Shown piece after piece: positions 1-9,806 of a stretch of 64,000 bases of DNA. How positions within the stretch are numbered: the stretch's first letter is position 1; every line of letters begins with the position of its first letter. The translations under genes were made by a program, and so were the position numbers. Below the pieces are notes generated by a model. That model saw only the letters and a list, made by a program, of their open reading frames with translations, did no database searches and had not been told where the DNA came from. The DNA comes from Candidatus Poribacteria bacterium (GTDB lineage Bacteria > Poribacteria > WGA-4E > WGA-3G), in NCBI GenBank assembly GCA_965214095.1, contig OZ243938.1, positions 3,200,001 to 3,264,000 on the forward strand. Direction: 5' to 3'.

Positions 1-705
1 TGCTGGCACATCCTCCAAGTTTATGCGGTCAAGTAATGCACTTGCACCACGGATTTCAGGGAGTTTTACCGATTCCATAAAGTATCCTTTAATCTTCGTC
101 GCGCCCCCGAACACAAGCCCGATCTGTTGTTCTTCATCTTTTAGGGGATGATTGCTAAATTCAACCTTATCAGAACAGATCCGCTCAGACGCTGCCGTCT
201 TTGCCAAGAACACGATGTGTTCATGTTTATTTCCGTCTGGGTTGGGTTCAATAGGCGTGTCATCACCCCAAAGCGCATTGAAAACTTCTTCAAGACCGTC
301 ATCTTTCCACGTTGCTGTGAGTGCGGACAGGCGGAGTTTATCTAAGGTTTCTTTGTCGCTTCGGTGTTCAGTGTCGTAAGCCAAGCAGTACGCAATTGCG
401 GATGCGGTGAGGGAGTGGTCTGTTACTGTGGCACCAGATAGTGAGCGACACGGCAACCAACGGAAAGGAATTGGATGGTCTTTTTCTTGCCACAGGTCTT
501 TAAGTGGTGGGAGGAGTAGATCCACCATCTGTGTGACACGTTCAGTTATCGTTTGATCTTTCCAATTTTGTATGTGTGTTACGGTTTGCTGGATGACATA
601 TTGCCAATCTTCTGGTTTGATGGTGTATTGGTCTTCAAGAATTGTGTCTTTCCAAGGATGGTCTGTATATTCGGTTGTATCGTTTGTTTTCCAATCTCGC
701 GTCAT
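1..705 (-). CDS. cas10: Type III CRISPR Cas10/Cmr2 subunit, N-terminal 235 aa (runs off the window start)
   Basis: Manual translation from ATG at 705 is open to base 1: MTRDWKTND...VTDHSLTASAIAYCLA...IGLVFGGATKIKGYFMESVKLPEIRGASALLDRINLEDVPA. 'GGATKIK..E..KLPEIRGASALLD' matches the palm-1 start of cyanobacterial-type Cmr2 (III-B/III-C). Not in the ORF track because no stop lies in the window. Confidence 0.75.
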   Translation of the reverse strand, partial: MTRDWKTNDTTEYTDHPWKDTILEDQYTIKPEDWQYVIQQTVTHIQNWKDQTITERVTQMVDLLLPPLKDLWQEKDHPIPFRWLPCRSLSGATVTDHSLTASAIAYCLAYDTEHRSDKETLDKLRLSALTATWKDDGLEEVFNALWGDDTPIEPNPDGNKHEHIVFLAKTAASERICSDKVEFSNHPLKDEEQQIGLVFGGATKIKGYFMESVKLPEIRGASALLDRINLEDVPA

Positions 706-821
706 AAGGTGATTCCATTTTGGCAAAAATTGATTTTGTAAGATATTTTAGCAAAATAATCATATTCAGTCAATATATTTTTTATTTTTATTAGTGTGTT
801 TTATGTTGTCTTTAGGTGTGT

Positions 822-1006
822 TTGAACCAGGATAGGTAGGATGGGTAGGATTTTCAAATCAACGGTATGAATGCGCGTATGACATTCACTGGGATAAGAG
901 TCTGAAACATCAAAGTGCCATCCAGAGAATAAACGTCAAACTAGGAATAGGAACTTTGGAGAGCCAAACTCATAATCCTGAAAATCTACTAATCCTGCTA
1001 AATCGG
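822..1006. repeat. Inverted pair of ~9-bp-period (C)AGGATT repeats; related copy at 38716-38759
   Basis: TGAACCAGGATAGGTAGGATGGGTAGGATT at 822 and AATCCTGAAAATCTACTAATCCTG at ~974. About 30 bp (968-997) is the exact reverse complement of CAGGATTAGTAGATTTTCAGGATTATGAGT near 38730. Confidence 0.55.
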
Positions 1007-1072
1007 ACTTAAATCGGATTCGTCCGTTGAAGCGTGATTTATAGTAAAAACCATAATTATTTACACACGACG

Positions 1073-1142
1073 GTAGGTTCGGTTTCCTAACCGAACCGGT
1101 GTTTGTTCAGTCTCATAGATGCGGTTAGGAAACCGCATCAAC
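1073..1142. repeat. REP doublet, family 1 (GTAG foot + GTTCGGTT-TCCT-AACCGAAC hairpin)
   Basis: GTAGGTTCGGTTTCCTAACCGAACC followed by inverted GATGCGGTTAGGAAACCGCATC; same unit recurs across the window. Confidence 0.8.
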
Positions 1143-1180
1143 CGGGGAGTGTGCACGTGTTTTTACATTTCACTATAACT

Positions 1181-3124
1181 CTAAGGCCAAAAGTTATACA
1201 TCGGTTGCTGTGTCACCACACTAATCAAACTCCAAATCCCACCCACAGTAAAATCCCCCAACATCAAACCCACAGCAAACATCACCAATTGCCGAGAGGC
1301 ACTGGGTCCACCGATTTTCAACACAGACCACTTCACAATCGAACTGACCAACATACAACTCCACAAATACCGCATACCCCAATCGCTTGAAACGACAAAG
1401 CCAATCGGATGAAAGGGCCACCAGAAAAACCGCGCACGCATGAACATCAACCCCGTCGAAAAAAGTAGACCGAAAACTATCCCACCCGTTGCATAGAAAT
1501 TCGGTTCAGTAGGATAGTATAACCATCGTTGGAGTCCACTGAAGATGCGTTCTCCGAATCCTATATTCCAACTACTACTCCCACTCATATTCAATGCACC
1601 ATTGGTATAATAGATATACAGAATTGTCCCAAAGACCATAATAGAAGCAAACGCGGAAACCCCAAGAAGTGCTAAGAACAACCGCTGCGGTGCAATTTTA
1701 GATCGTTCCGAGAGTTTAAATCCTTCTAACTGATGTGGCATCGGGTTACTCGTATAACTCCGATTGAACCAACGATATAATGACATAGCAACAAGGTTGT
1801 TTGTTCCCAACATGCGTGTGCCGAAGCTATCAATCAGGATATGGTGATTCGGCATGTTTTCCATCGCATGCACAGGAAACCCTTGTTCAGCACGCATCCG
1901 AGTTAACACCAAAACAATGATAAAATAGATAGCAAAAAACAAGGGTATCAACCACAACGACATGCCAATACGGTTAGAAAAGATAAAGAGTATTGCAAGT
2001 CCACCAACAATACCCCACAACGCAAATCTATATGAAATAGGTTCTGTAGAATCTTCACCTGTACGATGCCGTGCGATGTGGAATACACCTCGAAAATGAC
2101 GCAAGTTCAACACTAACACGGAGATGAATATCCCAATGGCAGCACCAAAACATTGCCTGTCAATATACGGAAATCCGGGCACACTGGAGAGTCCAACTGC
2201 ACTTGAGAACACCAATTGCGCTTTATAAAAAAAGAAGAAAAACCAACTTGAAAATGACAAATCAAGTGGCATTAACAGTCCCAATCCAATGACGAATGGA
2301 TAATAAGACATACTGATACCACCGATAGCATTCCAAGGTTTCTCAGTGAATAGATGTCCAAACCCACGCCATCCACCGACCCGCTTTATCGGCAAGTATG
2401 GAATTGTAGGATACAGAAAACTGAACCCGTTGAGGATTGCAATAGACGCTGCTAATCCGAAACCGATCCACATGATACGGTGTGAAAACAGAGATTTCGT
2501 GTTATGCGTAACCTGAAAAGCAATTTGTGTTATCGGATAAGCGAGTCGTTCTCGTTCCACCCATTGCTTTCGTAGGATAACGTTGATACACAACATCACC
2601 AGCACAAGTGCAGTGACGAAAAGAGTCCAAGAAAGTATTGGAACGAACCATACACCAATTATTTCAAATGTTGTGAGATTGGTTTCACCTTTATAGTATC
2701 CTGTAAGTGCCTTTGAATCGTCTACAAGCAGCCATCTCGGTAGGTAATCCCAAAAGAGTTGTTTCCATTCGTTTTCGGGAGTGGCGAACCAGAAGGCATG
2801 ACCGACGGTCGTGACGAGGATTGTCATCAAAGTTATGGAAGGAAAAGCACATGCAGTGCTGAGTAGAATGTAGATGGTGAGAAGTTCAGCATCGGAAAGT
2901 AGACGGATACGGGTGGTATGACGAACAATCAGGTTGAATAGTGTGAATAATAAAACGACAAAAACGACATTGTAAAACGGGACAGCGTAAGTATTCAGGG
3001 CATAACCGACGAGTCCTACTTCACCAGCGATAATCCAGTAGAAATTGAACGGAATCAACACAAGTGTTATGAGAATAGACTTCCATGTGACCCCGTACGA
3101 TTTCAACTGTCCATCTTCTTTCAT
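1181..3124 (-). CDS. Polytopic membrane protein, DUF6785/DUF6784-like putative transporter
   Basis: 647 aa, many TM segments; motifs 'RKQWVERERLAYP', 'RMRAEQG', 'WWPFHPIG', 'GLMLGD'. Confidence 0.7.
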   Translation of the reverse strand: MKEDGQLKSYGVTWKSILITLVLIPFNFYWIIAGEVGLVGYALNTYAVPFYNVVFVVLLFTLFNLIVRHTTRIRLLSDAELLTIYILLSTACAFPSITLMTILVTTVGHAFWFATPENEWKQLFWDYLPRWLLVDDSKALTGYYKGETNLTTFEIIGVWFVPILSWTLFVTALVLVMLCINVILRKQWVERERLAYPITQIAFQVTHNTKSLFSHRIMWIGFGLAASIAILNGFSFLYPTIPYLPIKRVGGWRGFGHLFTEKPWNAIGGISMSYYPFVIGLGLLMPLDLSFSSWFFFFFYKAQLVFSSAVGLSSVPGFPYIDRQCFGAAIGIFISVLVLNLRHFRGVFHIARHRTGEDSTEPISYRFALWGIVGGLAILFIFSNRIGMSLWLIPLFFAIYFIIVLVLTRMRAEQGFPVHAMENMPNHHILIDSFGTRMLGTNNLVAMSLYRWFNRSYTSNPMPHQLEGFKLSERSKIAPQRLFLALLGVSAFASIMVFGTILYIYYTNGALNMSGSSSWNIGFGERIFSGLQRWLYYPTEPNFYATGGIVFGLLFSTGLMFMRARFFWWPFHPIGFVVSSDWGMRYLWSCMLVSSIVKWSVLKIGGPSASRQLVMFAVGLMLGDFTVGGIWSLISVVTQQPMYNFWP

Positions 3125-3287
3125 GTCGCCTTATGTCTCTCACGCAAAAAAGTGGTGAATGCATCCAGTTCCTTAGATACATTGTCAAATAGTTTACTAA
3201 CTTGTTTTGCATGTTATTCTGAGTTAGCGTAAATTAATTTATATCCTGTGTTCAATGTTTATTCACTAAAATATGCATGTAATATTC

Positions 3288-4271
3288 TCACGGTTGTATA
3301 GACCCCGCATAAACATCTTCAAGAGCATCTTCTGGAAGTGGATCCGGACTGTTTTTGGCGAATTCCAATGCTTCCTCAAGCTCATCTGCGAGTTCTGTTG
3401 CAAGTGCATCCAGTTCTTCTTGTGTAACTTCTTCCTCATCAATAAGAACCTGAGCAAGTCTTCGGATAGGATCACGTTGTCGTTCCTGTTCTTGCACCTC
3501 TTCACGATCGCGATAAGATGTCCCCGGATCCCCGATGTGATGTCCACGAAAACGATAGGTGTCACAATTGAGTAACGTAGGTCCTCCACCCTCACGAGCA
3601 CGCGTGACAGCATCTCCTGCAGCAGCATATACCTTGAGAACATCGTTACCATCAACAGTAACCCCGGGAATATCATAAGCAGGCGCACGAACAGCGATAT
3701 CCTCTACTCGCTGATGCTCATGTTGCGGTGTTCCCATACCGAATCGGTTATTTTCACAGACAAAGACAACAGGCAATTCCCATACTGCCGCGAGGTTTAG
3801 AGTTTCATGGAATACACCTTGATTCGTTGCGCCATCCCCGAAGAAAGAAACAGCGATCTGTTGTGTGCCACGGTATTTTGAAGAGAGAGCAGCACCCGCT
3901 GCAAGCGGAATCCCCGCGCCAACAACACCATTTGCACCGAGAATACCTGTCTCTTTATCTGCGATGTGCATGGATCCACCTTTACCCTTGCAGTAACCGG
4001 TCGTTCGTGCAAATAGTTCTGCCATCATTCGGTCGCGCTTGCCACCCTTCGCGATGAGATGTCCATGTCCACGATGTGTACTGGTAATATAATCATCATC
4101 TTCCAAATGTGCACAAACACCCACCGCAGTCGCTTCTTCACCTATATATAGGTGCAAAAAACCGGGTAGTTGTCCACTTTGATAGAGTGTCCCCGCAGCT
4201 TCCTCAAATTGACGTATTTCTACCATCTTACGATACATAAAGAGCATCTGATCTTTGGTCGGTTTTGACAT
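3288..4271 (-). CDS. TPP-dependent dehydrogenase E1 alpha subunit (AcoA/PdhA-like)
   Basis: 'GFLHLYIGEEA', 'STHRGHGH', 'GKGGSMH', TPP motif 'GDGA...ENN', 'TYRFRGH'. Confidence 0.92.
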   Translation of the reverse strand: MSKPTKDQMLFMYRKMVEIRQFEEAAGTLYQSGQLPGFLHLYIGEEATAVGVCAHLEDDDYITSTHRGHGHLIAKGGKRDRMMAELFARTTGYCKGKGGSMHIADKETGILGANGVVGAGIPLAAGAALSSKYRGTQQIAVSFFGDGATNQGVFHETLNLAAVWELPVVFVCENNRFGMGTPQHEHQRVEDIAVRAPAYDIPGVTVDGNDVLKVYAAAGDAVTRAREGGGPTLLNCDTYRFRGHHIGDPGTSYRDREEVQEQERQRDPIRRLAQVLIDEEEVTQEELDALATELADELEEALEFAKNSPDPLPEDALEDVYAGSIQP

Positions 4272-4312
4272 AATCCCTTCCTACTATAGTTGTTATATGA
4301 ATATTAAACGAA

Positions 4313-5041
4313 TTAGAATAAACTTTGTTCAATTTTCTGGTTATCTGTGTCCATCTCCGAGACACGTTGGATACATTCTGGAGAATCATTTGCAGGACGA
4401 TTAACAAAACGTGACACAGGATACGCCTCTATTTCATCACCTGGATAAGGTTTCAACAGAGGTTGTAACGCCTCGGATGATTGTTCGCCTGTTGCAAGCC
4501 ATTCTGCATAAGCATCTTCAGGTAAAATCACAGGCATCCTGTGGTGATATTGCTCCAAGAACGAATTCGGTGAACAGGTAATGATAGTACAGGAACGGAG
4601 GGGTTTCTCCATATAATTTGCCTTCCATTCCTCCCATAATCCAGCAAAAGCAAATGGGTTTTGTGATTTGAGACGAACGTAAATCGGTTGTTTGGATTTC
4701 TCACCAGGTACTGTTTGCCATTCATAGTATCCGTCAGCCAAAATGAGGCACCGTCTGCGTTTGTATGCACTTCGAAATGAGGGTTTTTCCGTAAGCGTTT
4801 CTGAACGTGCATTTATCATCCGACTTCCAATTTTCGGGTCTTTTGCCCAAGACGGAATAAGTCCCCAATGATATAATTCAACCTGATGTCCTTCGCCAAC
4901 TTCGCTCGTGTTAGCAATAACTGCCACATCTTGTGTGGGTGTGATATTATATCGCGGTGAAAACTCCAACTTCAGTTGTAAGTCGTCAAAGTGTTCATTC
5001 CATTTCTCAAATTCGGTTGCGAGTGTAAATCTTCCACACAT
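4313..5041 (-). CDS. SRAP-domain protein (YedK/HMCES family, abasic-site protection)
   Basis: N-terminal MCGRF, 'RYNITPTQ', 'INARSET', 'GYYEW', 'HHRMPVIL'. Confidence 0.93.
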   Translation of the reverse strand: MCGRFTLATEFEKWNEHFDDLQLKLEFSPRYNITPTQDVAVIANTSEVGEGHQVELYHWGLIPSWAKDPKIGSRMINARSETLTEKPSFRSAYKRRRCLILADGYYEWQTVPGEKSKQPIYVRLKSQNPFAFAGLWEEWKANYMEKPLRSCTIITCSPNSFLEQYHHRMPVILPEDAYAEWLATGEQSSEALQPLLKPYPGDEIEAYPVSRFVNRPANDSPECIQRVSEMDTDNQKIEQSLF

Positions 5042-5177
5042 TATTCTGCTCCTTTTTATGTTTCATAGGTTCAGGTTCTTCGCCTATAATTCTATCAAGG
5101 AAACCAACTCGTACGGAGACCTATCTCTACAGTTTGTAAATATAGTATCTAAAACACATTAATGCAATTGTTGAAAC

Positions 5178-6008
5178 CTATTTCGACTGTGGCACAAGAA
5201 TATCATCTCTCCAACGAAGACGGAAAGAAGGACGCACAAGTGCCTCTGGTGACTGTAGTGTCAACCCGCCATCTGCAGTCAACACAATTCCGGTCACAAA
5301 ATCCGCTTCATCAGATGCTAAGAACAGTGCCACATTTGCAATATCTTCCGGTTTTCCGTATCTACCAATCGGGTAACAATCGCGGCACGCTTGATCTTCG
5401 AGAGCATCCGCAGCGAGAGATGCTTCACCCCGTTCCCCAACAATCTGACCGGGAGCAATAGCATTTGCGCGAATGCCTTCGCTACCGTAGTCAAGTGCGA
5501 TACTTCGTGTTAACGCGTTTAATCCACCTTTTCCCGCACCATAAAGTCCAAAACCAGGATTTGTGATCGTCGCATTGACTGTTGAGATAAAGACAAGGTG
5601 TCCCCCGCCGTTTTTAATCATTTCTGGGATACAATACTTCGCACCAAGCCACGGTCCACCGAGTGTAACCCCAAGACTTTCATTCCATTCTTCTGGGGTG
5701 AATTCAATCGCTTTTTTCGTATAAGAATGTGCAGCATTATGAACAAGTGTAGTTATTTTACCGTAGTTTGTTAATGCTGTTTCCACGAGTGTTTCCCATG
5801 TTTTTTCATCTGCAACATCACCCATCACAGCGACTGCTTCACCGCCTGCATCTTTAATACGATTTACGGTTTCGGTCAGTTTCTCTTCTCTGCGGCGTGT
5901 GTTAACAACTACTTTCGCGCCTTCACTTGCAAATTTGTATGCTGTTGCCGCACCGATACCACCCCATGCTGCACCCGCAACTATCGCAACTTTTCCTTCC
6001 AATCTCAT
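5178..6008 (-). CDS. SDR family oxidoreductase
   Basis: 'AGAAWGGIG' Rossmann motif, YxxxK (YGAGK), 'IRANAIAPG', 'DGG'. Confidence 0.9.
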   Translation of the reverse strand: MRLEGKVAIVAGAAWGGIGAATAYKFASEGAKVVVNTRRREEKLTETVNRIKDAGGEAVAVMGDVADEKTWETLVETALTNYGKITTLVHNAAHSYTKKAIEFTPEEWNESLGVTLGGPWLGAKYCIPEMIKNGGGHLVFISTVNATITNPGFGLYGAGKGGLNALTRSIALDYGSEGIRANAIAPGQIVGERGEASLAADALEDQACRDCYPIGRYGKPEDIANVALFLASDEADFVTGIVLTADGGLTLQSPEALVRPSFRLRWRDDILVPQSK

Positions 6009-6238
6009 AAAAAATCCTTTCTGTGAAAAATAATAAGTACAACAACTGACAACTTATACCATTTCTAATAGAAAACGCCGCATTTTTGTAGCATAAACTG
6101 CCAGTTTGTGCAGTCCTTCAAGACATTCTTAACAAATGGTAATGGGATAAACATTTATAGAAATGGTATTACTATGAATTCAGAAAAACTTGTTAGTGTT
6201 TGACTATCAACACTAATATATTTTTGATCCATGAAACG

Positions 6239-7537
6239 TTATAACTTAATCAGATTCAATGGATTATACATAGATTGCTCAATATCAATTTCTTCTTTTT
6301 CTATCAATTCAATCAATTGCATGGATTTTTCCAAATCTAACATCGCTTCCTTAATCCTGCCGAGATCAGCATTGGCAAGTGCTCTATGTGAGTAAGCCAT
6401 TATATGATTTGGTTCTAACTGTATAACTTTGTCATAGTCTGGAATCGACTCCTTAATCAATCCAAGCTGGTATTTTCCATGACCTCGGTTGAAATATGCA
6501 AAAGAATTATCAGGTTGTAATCGTATTGCTTCCTCAAAATCTTCCATTCCCTCTTCATGGAATTCCAGCTCCATCTTTGCTAACCCTCTCATATTGTAGG
6601 CATCAACATTATCTGGTTGCAGACTAATGGCTATATCAAGATAATCCACTGCATCCTGGTATTCTGACAATTGATACTTTACAAACCCAAGCGTTAGATA
6701 TGCCTCAATGTTATCAGGATCTTGCTTTAATGAGTTCTCGGCAACTTCTATAACATTTTCGTATTCCTCAATCTCTTCCTCGGACAATTCTTCAGATAAA
6801 TCTGGCAATATAGGTAAAACGAGTTCTGAATGCTCCGACGACATCTCATCTCTTATAGCATTAGGTAAAATAATTGTTCCTTCCAATTCAAACGGGTCTT
6901 CTTCTTCTTGATTTAACATCGCTATACATACTTGACGGAATTCACGTGCTTGCTTATTTGTAGGGTCTAACGACAATGCTTTATCGTAGTCGGCGATTGC
7001 CTCTTCATATTCCTCATATTCTTCTTTTAAGCCTCCTCTTAAATAGTATGCATCAGCACATTCAGGCTCTAAACTTATTGCCTTGTTATATTCTGCCAGT
7101 GCTCCGTCATAATCATCATAATCCTCGAAACACCAAGCACGGGTCAAATAGGCTTTAACACATTTTGGATTAAACTGCAATGCCGTGTTACAATCTATCA
7201 TACCATCTTCCACATCCCCAAGTAGGAGATTTGATTCAGCTCGTTTTATATATGCATCGATGTGTTCAGGATTTAATTCAATGACTTTATCAAAATCTTC
7301 TAAAGCATCTAATGCTTCACCTAAAGCCATCTTTGATATGCCGCGAGAATAATATGCCTCAAGATAATCGGGTTTCAGCTGAATGGCACTGGTGAAATCT
7401 TTGATTGCACCACGGTCATTATCACGTTTTGATTTGGCCATTCCTTGTTCGTAATAGTACTCGGGATTTTTGCTTTTAGTAGACGTTTTTTGGATGTTGC
7501 CACTTCTTTTCCGCCTATTCGCTGGTTTTTTCGCCAT
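6239..7537 (-). CDS. Tetratricopeptide-repeat protein
   Basis: Two blocks of TPR units (AYxxRG...AxxDYxKAIxLxP) separated by an acidic linker. Confidence 0.9.
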   Translation of the reverse strand: MAKKPANRRKRSGNIQKTSTKSKNPEYYYEQGMAKSKRDNDRGAIKDFTSAIQLKPDYLEAYYSRGISKMALGEALDALEDFDKVIELNPEHIDAYIKRAESNLLLGDVEDGMIDCNTALQFNPKCVKAYLTRAWCFEDYDDYDGALAEYNKAISLEPECADAYYLRGGLKEEYEEYEEAIADYDKALSLDPTNKQAREFRQVCIAMLNQEEEDPFELEGTIILPNAIRDEMSSEHSELVLPILPDLSEELSEEEIEEYENVIEVAENSLKQDPDNIEAYLTLGFVKYQLSEYQDAVDYLDIAISLQPDNVDAYNMRGLAKMELEFHEEGMEDFEEAIRLQPDNSFAYFNRGHGKYQLGLIKESIPDYDKVIQLEPNHIMAYSHRALANADLGRIKEAMLDLEKSMQLIELIEKEEIDIEQSMYNPLNLIKL

Positions 7538-7718
7538 AATGCATGTTTCCTTAATTTTGTTATATACATGAATGTATCAGGATGTTATTTCCTTAACTAT
7601 AATACCACATTTTTCGTTTTAATGCTATAATGTTGAAACTCAATTGAAGAGTTGAGTAACAGTATCTAAATATCTATATTTTTCTTGATATTTTTATGGA
7701 TTTATGGTATACTATTAT

Positions 7719-8306
7719 ATGGCTTATGTATCAGCACGTAAAGCAAGTGAACTGCTGGATTATACCCCCGACCATTTAAGGAAGTTGGCAAATGAAGGAA
7801 AGATTGAATATATCCGCACAGGAGGCGGACACAGACGCTATGATGTTGAAGGATACATCAAAAGCAAATCCCAATCAATTGCAACTGTTTGCTACTGCAG
7901 AGTATCCAGCACGAAGCAAAGAGATGATCTTGAACGACAAGTTGAATATATGCGAAGCATCTACCCCTCAGCAGAAGTTATCAGAGACATCGGGAGTGGT
8001 ATCAACTTCAAAAGGAAAGGGCTTAGAACCTTATTGGAACGGCTTATGCAAGGTGATAAGCTCCAAGTTGTTATTGCCCATCGGGATAGGCTCGCCCGAT
8101 TCGGTATCGACCTTATACAATACCTCATTGAACAAAACGGTGGCGAACTCGTGGTTCTCGATCAAACAGAACACAGTCCGCAAGAAGAACTCACGGCGGA
8201 TCTTCTCGCAATCCTGCACGTCTTCAGTAGCCGGATGCGCGGGCTCCGAAGTTACCGTGACAAAATCAAAGAAGATAAGAGTTTATCCGACAACAGAACA
8301 ACGTGA
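7719..8306 (+). CDS. tnpA: IS607 serine recombinase/transposase
   Basis: N-terminal MerR-like HTH 'RTGGGHRRY', catalytic 'YCRVSS', 'DIGSGINFKRKGL', 'HRDRLARFG'. ATG 7719 lies 5 nt after TTGATA-N17-TATACT. Confidence 0.92.
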   Translation: MAYVSARKASELLDYTPDHLRKLANEGKIEYIRTGGGHRRYDVEGYIKSKSQSIATVCYCRVSSTKQRDDLERQVEYMRSIYPSAEVIRDIGSGINFKRKGLRTLLERLMQGDKLQVVIAHRDRLARFGIDLIQYLIEQNGGELVVLDQTEHSPQEELTADLLAILHVFSSRMRGLRSYRDKIKEDKSLSDNRTT

Positions 8307-9375
8307 AACACTTCGGCAGTGGTTTGGCACAGCACGTTTCACTTATAATAAAACCGTTGCTTTGTTGGAGGAAACAGACACTAAAGCGAATTGGAAAGCG
8401 ATAAAAACAGGCATTCTTCACGATCTACCTGATTGGAGCAAAGAAACGCCGTATCAGATAAAGTCTATTGCTATCCGAGATGCTTGTATTGCTGTTAGAG
8501 CAGCAAAGCAAAAATGTCAAAAAACAGGTAAGTATCAATCTGTATCTTTCAAATCTAAACGGCATCCCTCAGATAGTATTTTCATGCCAAAATCTGCTAT
8601 AAAACCACGCGGTGTCTATCACACCTTACTTGGTGATCTAAAGATGTCAGAAATGTTGCCTGATAATATCTCTGACTCCCGACTTGTGAAAAAGAATGAC
8701 AAATACTATTTATGTGTATCTTATACTGTGACAACTCCGAAGCGAAAGCCAAACGGAAGTGTTGTTGCTTTAGACCCTGGCGTGAGAACATTCCTCACAT
8801 ATTTTCATGAGCGTGGTTTCGGATGGCTTGGACACCATGCTATTAATCGGATTCAAAGACTTTGTTCATATCTCGATGACCTATTATCTCGTGCAGCTAA
8901 AGCAAATAGACAATCACGCAAGAATATGAGACGTGCTGCAAATAGAATACGCACACGCATAAAAAATCTTGTAGATGAATTGCATCATAAAGTCGCGCGA
9001 TACCTTGTGGATACCTTTGATATTATCTTACTCCCTACATTTGAAACTTCAGATATGGTAATGCGTGGAAAACGCAAACTACGAAAGAGGTCTGCCCGAC
9101 AAATGTTGACGCTCTCTCACTACAGATTCAAACAGTTCCTAAAACATAAAGCGAAAGAAACTGGATCTATCATCGTTGATGTCTGTGAAGCATACACATC
9201 AAAAACAGTTTCTTGGAATGGCGAGATGAGAAAATCACTCGGTGGACGCAAGATAATCAAAGATAGCACAGGACGCAAGATGAACAGAGACTTGAATGGC
9301 GCACGTGGGATATTCCTGCGTGCTTTGGTAGATGAACCCTGGTTACTCTCTATGAGTAACTTGCAAACCGTATAA
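7792..9375 (+). CDS. tnpB: IS607 TnpB RNA-guided nuclease, pro-Fanzor-like (alternative start GTG 8257)
   Basis: 'KKIRVYPT...WFG..RFTYN', RuvC-I 'ALDPG', 'ILLPTFET', 'VCEAYTSKT', RuvC-III 'NRDLNGARGI'. Confidence 0.88.
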   Translation: MKERLNISAQEADTDAMMLKDTSKANPNQLQLFATAEYPARSKEMILNDKLNICEASTPQQKLSETSGVVSTSKGKGLEPYWNGLCKVISSKLLLPIGIGSPDSVSTLYNTSLNKTVANSWFSIKQNTVRKKNSRRIFSQSCTSSVAGCAGSEVTVTKSKKIRVYPTTEQRETLRQWFGTARFTYNKTVALLEETDTKANWKAIKTGILHDLPDWSKETPYQIKSIAIRDACIAVRAAKQKCQKTGKYQSVSFKSKRHPSDSIFMPKSAIKPRGVYHTLLGDLKMSEMLPDNISDSRLVKKNDKYYLCVSYTVTTPKRKPNGSVVALDPGVRTFLTYFHERGFGWLGHHAINRIQRLCSYLDDLLSRAAKANRQSRKNMRRAANRIRTRIKNLVDELHHKVARYLVDTFDIILLPTFETSDMVMRGKRKLRKRSARQMLTLSHYRFKQFLKHKAKETGSIIVDVCEAYTSKTVSWNGEMRKSLGGRKIIKDSTGRKMNRDLNGARGIFLRALVDEPWLLSMSNLQTV

Positions 9376-9445
9376 GATGTGAAATACATAGTATTGCACG
9401 GATATATACAGGTTAATATCATCGGAGACCTTTGTGTGAAATCAA
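9280..9445 (+). ncRNA. Putative TnpB omegaRNA/reRNA (tnpB 3' end + right end + flanking guide)
   Basis: Position inferred only from the known architecture of TnpB elements; boundaries not determined. Confidence 0.3.
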
Positions 9446-9795
9446 CTCTAAATGAATGGCTCAATAACTGCATCAATAAACTTAACACAGGTGAATTAAC
9501 TGAAGTCGACCTTAACGGTGTTATTGATGTCCTAAATACTGAGAAACAAATTATTCTCTACCTCTATTCCAAATCAACCAACTTGCGTTCACCGCTCGGT
9601 GCCTGGGCACTGTACGACCCAACAGCACCAGATGACCCAGTTTTACCTTCACAAGATCCACCCTATGGCTCCGTACTTGATGCAGTTCGCGATGGATGGA
9701 AAATAGTACAATTTCCACGACCAGAACTGTACAGTTTTTCAGATGTTGAAAACGCTTATCTCAATTTTGAATACATCTTAGAAAAAATAATCTGA
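9436..9795 (+). CDS. Hypothetical protein (~119 aa)
   Basis: GGAG at 9424 then GTG 9436 in frame with the track ORF; 'PYGSVLDAVRDGWKIVQFP'; 11 bp upstream of the PhyH gene. Confidence 0.65.
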   Translation: MKSTLNEWLNNCINKLNTGELTEVDLNGVIDVLNTEKQIILYLYSKSTNLRSPLGAWALYDPTAPDDPVLPSQDPPYGSVLDAVRDGWKIVQFPRPELYSFSDVENAYLNFEYILEKII

Positions 9796-9806
9796 GGAAT
9801 ACATAT

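Larger units (their letters stand above)
7650..9425 (+). mobile_element. IS607-family insertion sequence (tnpA + tnpB); ends approximate
   Basis: Serine-recombinase tnpA overlapping tnpB. Right end tentatively at ...ATCATCGG (9425); left end not resolved. Confidence 0.85.

Noticed and set aside
148-741. Plus-strand ORFs 148-345, 152-379 and 553-741
   Set aside because: Shadows of the minus-strand cas10 frame.
706-1180. CRISPR array or leader upstream of cas10
   Set aside because: Only AGGATT-type repeats and a REP doublet; no regularly spaced direct repeats.
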